64,000 nucleotides of DNA, from IMG/VR virus record IMGVR_UViG_3300029798_000001; one strand, written 5' to 3'. Each line of letters opens with the position of its first letter. The first letter of the stretch is position 1. This document shows, in pieces, positions 60,128 to 64,000 of the stretch. The translations under genes and the position numbers were made by a program. Under the pieces are notes generated by a model, which was not told the origin of the DNA, did no database searches, and worked only from the letters and a program-made list of their open reading frames with translations. Source of the stretch: a virus. Lineage: Duplodnaviria > Caudoviricetes.

Positions 60128-60462
60128 TGCGACTTTTTGAATTTGCAGATTCGAACTCACAGAAATTAATGGCTCTTAGCCAGTTTCTGTCTGGTCGTAG
60201 TGATGATGAATCCGCTAAAAAACAAATTAGTCAACAGGCATTTATTGATTTAGCAAAGAGTCTAGAAGTCAATGTTACCTTAGAGAACCTGGGCGAATTA
60301 ATTGGCCAACCTCCATTGAGCAATGTGTTAGACCCCCTAGACCCACAGTCCGGTGTAGTTAGTTTTAAAGGTGACACAGAAGCCACAACCGGCATGTCAG
60401 TTGACCAAGCCCGTGCTGTGGTAGACTCAAATGCCAAGGCAGCCTTAAAGCGGCGTAGTTAA
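60127..60462 (+). CDS. Hypothetical protein
   Basis: MRLFEF start. Confidence 0.7.
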   Translation: MRLFEFADSNSQKLMALSQFLSGRSDDESAKKQISQQAFIDLAKSLEVNVTLENLGELIGQPPLSNVLDPLDPQSGVVSFKGDTEATTGMSVDQARAVVDSNAKAALKRRS

Positions 60463-60496
60463 AATCCCCAAAACAATTTAGTAGTAAATACAATCT

Positions 60497-61375
60497 ATGG
60501 ACGACCGCATCACAATCAACAAACTTGAATTTTATATTACTAATGTATGTAATTTAACCTGCTCTAACTGTAACAGATATAATAACTATAAATTTGCTGG
60601 TTGGCAAAATTATGATGATTATGCTGAAATTATTCAACGGTGGTCTAAAAAAATCAATGTAGTTAAAGCAATGATCCTAGGCGGCGAGCCGCTGCTTAAT
60701 CCCAGTATTAACAAATGGATCGAGGGTATTCGCACCACATGGCCCGATGGATACTCGCCAGAAATTATTACCAATGGTACTCGTCTTGATTTAGTTGACG
60801 GACTATACGATACTTGCCGTAAACATGGTTCCTGGGTAGCAGTAAGCGTACATCGAGACGCTGATATTGCACCTCTTACTGCTCGAATTAGAAATTTTTT
60901 AACACCACCAATACAAGAAGGTCCAGCCCTGCTGTCAAACACAAATTCAGATTATCAATTCATCGATTCCAACTTTGTTCAGGTTCATATATGGAAAAAT
61001 TTTGATTTTCTACAAAATAATATCATTGAGCGACCAGATGGTACTCGCACACTATGGAAAAGTGATCCGGCGGTAGCACATGCTATTTGCCCCCAAGTTC
61101 TGCATAAAAATTATCATTTTATCAATGGTAAAATTTATAAATGCGGACCGGCACCATTGATGGCCGAATTCGATCAACAATATCCGTTCGATATTTCAGA
61201 CGAAGATCGAGACATAATCCATACAGATCCCGGATTGAGTATTGACGAGTTTGATGAGCATGGCGAAGAATTTTTCAAAAACATCGATAATCCAATTGCG
61301 CATTGTAAATTTTGCCCAGACACATTTGGATGGCATCCAATTGAATTTAGCAATATTAAGCCAAATAAAATTTGA
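60497..61375 (+). CDS. Radical SAM enzyme
   Basis: CNLTCSNC, LGGEP, ITNG; C-terminal CPQ..YKCG..CKFC. Confidence 0.88.
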   Translation: MDDRITINKLEFYITNVCNLTCSNCNRYNNYKFAGWQNYDDYAEIIQRWSKKINVVKAMILGGEPLLNPSINKWIEGIRTTWPDGYSPEIITNGTRLDLVDGLYDTCRKHGSWVAVSVHRDADIAPLTARIRNFLTPPIQEGPALLSNTNSDYQFIDSNFVQVHIWKNFDFLQNNIIERPDGTRTLWKSDPAVAHAICPQVLHKNYHFINGKIYKCGPAPLMAEFDQQYPFDISDEDRDIIHTDPGLSIDEFDEHGEEFFKNIDNPIAHCKFCPDTFGWHPIEFSNIKPNKI

Positions 61376-61400
61376 CTTTTAGTGTTAAATACACTATACT
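61372..61400 (+). promoter_or_regulatory. Sigma70-type promoter
   Basis: TTGACT-N17-TATACT. Confidence 0.8.
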
Positions 61401-61425
61401 AATACTGTAGTAAAGGAACTATACT

Positions 61426-61752
61426 ATGAAAAAAATTCTATTTGTTTTTCTATTAAGCATTGCTTCTTTGGCTCATGCTGATCGTTGGCGCCACGGTAGT
61501 GGACAATACTACTACCATCCCAGCTACGGTTGGGTAGCCCCTGCAATTATCGGAGGAGCAATTGGGTACAGCATGGCACGCCCGTATTATTATCCCCCAG
61601 CACCATATTACTATATACCTCAACCGATTGTAATTCAACAACAGCCAACTTATATGCAACAACCTTATCCGGCTGTTACAGGATATTATCAGGAAACTAT
61701 TACAGATGCTAACTGCAATTGTTTAAGAACAGTATTGGTTCCTAACCAATGA
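61426..61752 (+). CDS. Signal-peptide-bearing Pro/Tyr-rich protein
   Basis: MKKILFVFLLSIASLAHA; WVAPAIIGGAIGY; PPAPYYY. Confidence 0.75.
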   Translation: MKKILFVFLLSIASLAHADRWRHGSGQYYYHPSYGWVAPAIIGGAIGYSMARPYYYPPAPYYYIPQPIVIQQQPTYMQQPYPAVTGYYQETITDANCNCLRTVLVPNQ

Positions 61753-61904
61753 AACATATCTGTTTTATCCTTATGATGTTAATTGCTGTAACTGGTACAG
61801 CGGCCGGTCTGCAAGAGCTGGTTAATAGTTTGAAAAAACCTCCTGTGACTGCGCCCCCTGCACCACAGGCACCACACCCACCTAAACCACCGGTAAAGAA
61901 ATAA
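61749..61904 (+). CDS. 51-aa signal-peptide, Pro-rich protein (not in the ORF track)
   Basis: ATGA overlap; MKHICFILMMLIAVTGTAAGLQELVNSLKKPPVTAPPAPQAPHPPKPPVKK*. Confidence 0.6.
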   Translation: MKHICFILMMLIAVTGTAAGLQELVNSLKKPPVTAPPAPQAPHPPKPPVKK

Positions 61905-61905
61905 T

Positions 61906-63300
61906 ATGGCATATTCAGATGCGGTGCTGAAACATTATGAAAATCCGTCTAATGTAGGCAGAATGGACCCGGCTGACGCTGATGTAGGCACAGGACTTGT
62001 GGGAGCTCCGGCATGCGGAGATGTTTTGCGGTTACAAATCAAAGTTGAAGATGGAATTATCACAGATGCAAAATTTAAGACATACGGCTGTTTGACCAGT
62101 AATGCTCCTGTTAATACTCCGACCTGTATTAAAAAAATAAAAGATTTAAAAATTGGTGATACGGTGCTGGCATGGAATGGTGAACTTATTGTCAATCAAA
62201 AAATTCGTGATATAATTAAACATTCAGTTGATATAAAAGATTTGTTGATAATTACTTTTCAGAGAGAAACAAGTAGAAACAATATTAACCCAGGTACTTT
62301 TTCTATTATTTGTACCAAAGAACATATATTCTGGAACGCTGATAATAAACCAATAGAAGCACAGCAATTACAGGCAGGCCAAGAATTGTACGAGATAACT
62401 GAGAATGAATTACGGATCCTTACCAATAATCGTCACCGAACAGAACTTAAACAAAAAAATAGTATAAGAATGAAAAAGTGGAATAAAGAATTTGATCACT
62501 CTTTATTACCTCAAAATCAACCTGGGTATGTGTGTAAAGATTTAAAAACTAAAAAGCAACGAGCAAGTACCGCTTCGATTAAAAACTGGCAAGATCCTGA
62601 TTATATTAAAAAATGGCAACAAGGAATGTCGCAACGAGACTGGTCTAAACCCACCAGCATTGAAAAAAAATATATTGATTTATTTGAAAAAAATAATGTA
62701 GCGGCAAGATGGAGTGCTGGCAAAATATGGATCCAGACAGACGTAGGACCAGCAAGTCCAGATTTTATTGTTCCTGGTAAGAAAAAATGTATAGAAGTTT
62801 ATACAAAGAAAATGCCAAAATTTATGCAAGATAGATCTGAAGAATCTAATTATGTACAAACTCGTAAAGAACAACTTGCAACAGCAGGATATGATTCATT
62901 ATTTTTGGCAATAGAAGATATTGCACACTCATTGCCAGAAGTACAAAATTTTATACATAATGGCATGAAAATTGTTGATATCTCGCCGATCTCTCATCTT
63001 AACCAGTTGCGTGGATGTGAGCGTGATGGTAATTTGGTTGTGGTATACGATTTAAAATTAGATGAAGGTGCTCATGTATATTTTACAAACAGAGTCGGCT
63101 CGCATAATTGTGGGTCGGCGATCGCAAGTAGTTCGCTCGTCACGGAGTGGGTCAAGGGTAAAACGCTGGAGCAAGCTGGCGCAATTAAGAATGCTGAAAT
63201 TGCAGAGGAACTCGCGCTCCCGCCGGTTAAGATTCATTGTAGTATCCTTGCGGAAGACGCTATTAAGGCCGCGATAGCGGACTACCAAAGTAAACACTAA
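61906..63300 (+). CDS. iscU: Fe-S cluster scaffold IscU, intein-containing (124-aa extein)
   Basis: HYENP.NVG, GAPACGD, KFKTYG|..|CGSAIASSSLVTEW, PVKIHCSILAEDA. Confidence 0.95.
   Translation: MAYSDAVLKHYENPSNVGRMDPADADVGTGLVGAPACGDVLRLQIKVEDGIITDAKFKTYGCLTSNAPVNTPTCIKKIKDLKIGDTVLAWNGELIVNQKIRDIIKHSVDIKDLLIITFQRETSRNNINPGTFSIICTKEHIFWNADNKPIEAQQLQAGQELYEITENELRILTNNRHRTELKQKNSIRMKKWNKEFDHSLLPQNQPGYVCKDLKTKKQRASTASIKNWQDPDYIKKWQQGMSQRDWSKPTSIEKKYIDLFEKNNVAARWSAGKIWIQTDVGPASPDFIVPGKKKCIEVYTKKMPKFMQDRSEESNYVQTRKEQLATAGYDSLFLAIEDIAHSLPEVQNFIHNGMKIVDISPISHLNQLRGCERDGNLVVVYDLKLDEGAHVYFTNRVGSHNCGSAIASSSLVTEWVKGKTLEQAGAIKNAEIAEELALPPVKIHCSILAEDAIKAAIADYQSKH
62089..63108 (+). mobile_element. 340-aa intein with a Vsr/DUF559-like endonuclease domain
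   Basis: CLTSNAPV start, CTKEHIF block B, VVYDL..HVYF..GSHN end, +1 Cys; internal PTSIE..PDFIVP..CIEV. Confidence 0.9.
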
Positions 63301-63312
63301 AGAGAGTAAAGT

Positions 63313-63507
63313 ATGCCACAAACTAATTTTGATGTAAAAGTGCAACCGTGGTGCCCTATAGAGAATACGCCATACGAAGGCTATTGTATTGGAGAATTTC
63401 CTACCGTAGAAAAACGACCAATTGGCCCGTGCGACCATTTTGAAACTTGTTTAAAGTTTAAAAATACAATGACTAGTTACGAGCAAGAAAATACAACCCA
63501 TCACTAA
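63313..63507 (+). CDS. Hypothetical protein
   Basis: 64-aa Cys-containing ORF between iscU and iscA. Confidence 0.5.
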   Translation: MPQTNFDVKVQPWCPIENTPYEGYCIGEFPTVEKRPIGPCDHFETCLKFKNTMTSYEQENTTHH

Positions 63508-63827
63508 TGATTACCGTAACTGATACAGCCGCTAAGAAAATTAAATCTAATTTAGATAAACGCGGGTCCGGTATAGGCATTCGCATTGGTGTAAGAACCA
63601 CCGGGTGTTCGGGACTTGCTTATGTGTTAGAATATGTAGACAGGGTTAATGGTGATGACACAGTATTTGACAGCAACGATGTGCAAGTAATTGTTGATGG
63701 TAAAAGTTTACCCATATTAGGTAATCTTGAGGTAGCCTATGTCCGTCAAGGACTCAACGAAGGCTTTGAGTTTAACAATCCCCAGGCCAAGGATCATTGT
63801 GGTTGCGGGGAAAGTTTTAGAATATAA
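63507..63827 (+). CDS. iscA: Fe-S cluster carrier IscA (HesB family)
   Basis: GCSGLAY, F.FNNP, CGCGESF. Confidence 0.95.
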   Translation: MITVTDTAAKKIKSNLDKRGSGIGIRIGVRTTGCSGLAYVLEYVDRVNGDDTVFDSNDVQVIVDGKSLPILGNLEVAYVRQGLNEGFEFNNPQAKDHCGCGESFRI

Positions 63828-63833
63828 TAGAGG

Positions 63834-63862
63834 TTGCTCAACCACTGTAACTCTGTTATAAT
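63834..63862 (+). promoter_or_regulatory. Sigma70-type promoter
   Basis: TTGCTC-N17-TATAAT; ATG 6 nt later. Confidence 0.7.
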
Positions 63863-63868
63863 TACTTG

Positions 63869-64000
63869 ATGTATAATCCAAAATTTAACTACCACGAACT
63901 ATCACGCACGACTGAAGAAGGCCGTCGCCTATATTCTACACCAGACGGCAACAGAGTTCCTAGTGTAACAACTATCCTGGACAAAACCAAACCAGCAGAA
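63869..64000 (+). CDS. Probable PD-(D/E)xK exonuclease, 3'-truncated by the window edge
   Basis: MYNPKFNYHELSRTTEEGRRLYSTPDGNRVPSVTTILDKTKPAE; the R.Y.TPDG..PSVTTIL start is typical of T4-like phage exonucleases. Confidence 0.6.
   Translation, partial: MYNPKFNYHELSRTTEEGRRLYSTPDGNRVPSVTTILDKTKPAE

Noticed and set aside
1-64000. Stop-codon reassignment
   Set aside because: Conserved genes are full length in the standard code and end in TAA, TGA or TAG
1-64000. tRNA or rRNA genes; group I introns
   Set aside because: No cloverleaf or intron core seen by eye; intergenic gaps are short. A tRNAscan/Infernal run would be decisive

Overview
This window is part of a large T4-like (myovirus, jumbo-type) phage genome, read in the standard genetic code. 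It holds a repetitive tail fibre, neck/tail/head genes (gp13-, gp14-, gp15-like, sheath, tube, gp4-like, large terminase) and replication/recombination genes (gp32, UvsX, UvsY, UvsW, primase, gp41-type helicase, a very short DnaE-like core). Inserted among these core genes are five radical SAM enzymes plus tailoring-type enzymes (two SDRs, two sulfotransferase-fold proteins, a 2OG-Fe(II) oxygenase, a methyltransferase), and the window ends with proteobacterial-type iscU and iscA. The most notable observations are: (1) an endonuclease-bearing intein inserted at an Fe-S ligand Cys of IscU; (2) a GIY-YIG cassette that appears to have brought a replacement 3' half for the nuclease gene it invaded, leaving the old 3' half orphaned; (3) a probable virion-packaged Pol-beta NTase / RNA-ligase-like fusion; (4) T4 CTS-like N-termini on many unknown proteins; (5) a widespread leaderless layout behind both sigma70-type and TAAATA late promoters; (6) a T4-gene-32-like pseudoknot and an RBS-occluding hairpin. 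All calls come from motif reading by eye; no database searches or folding calculations were run. No tRNA, rRNA or CRISPR array was seen.
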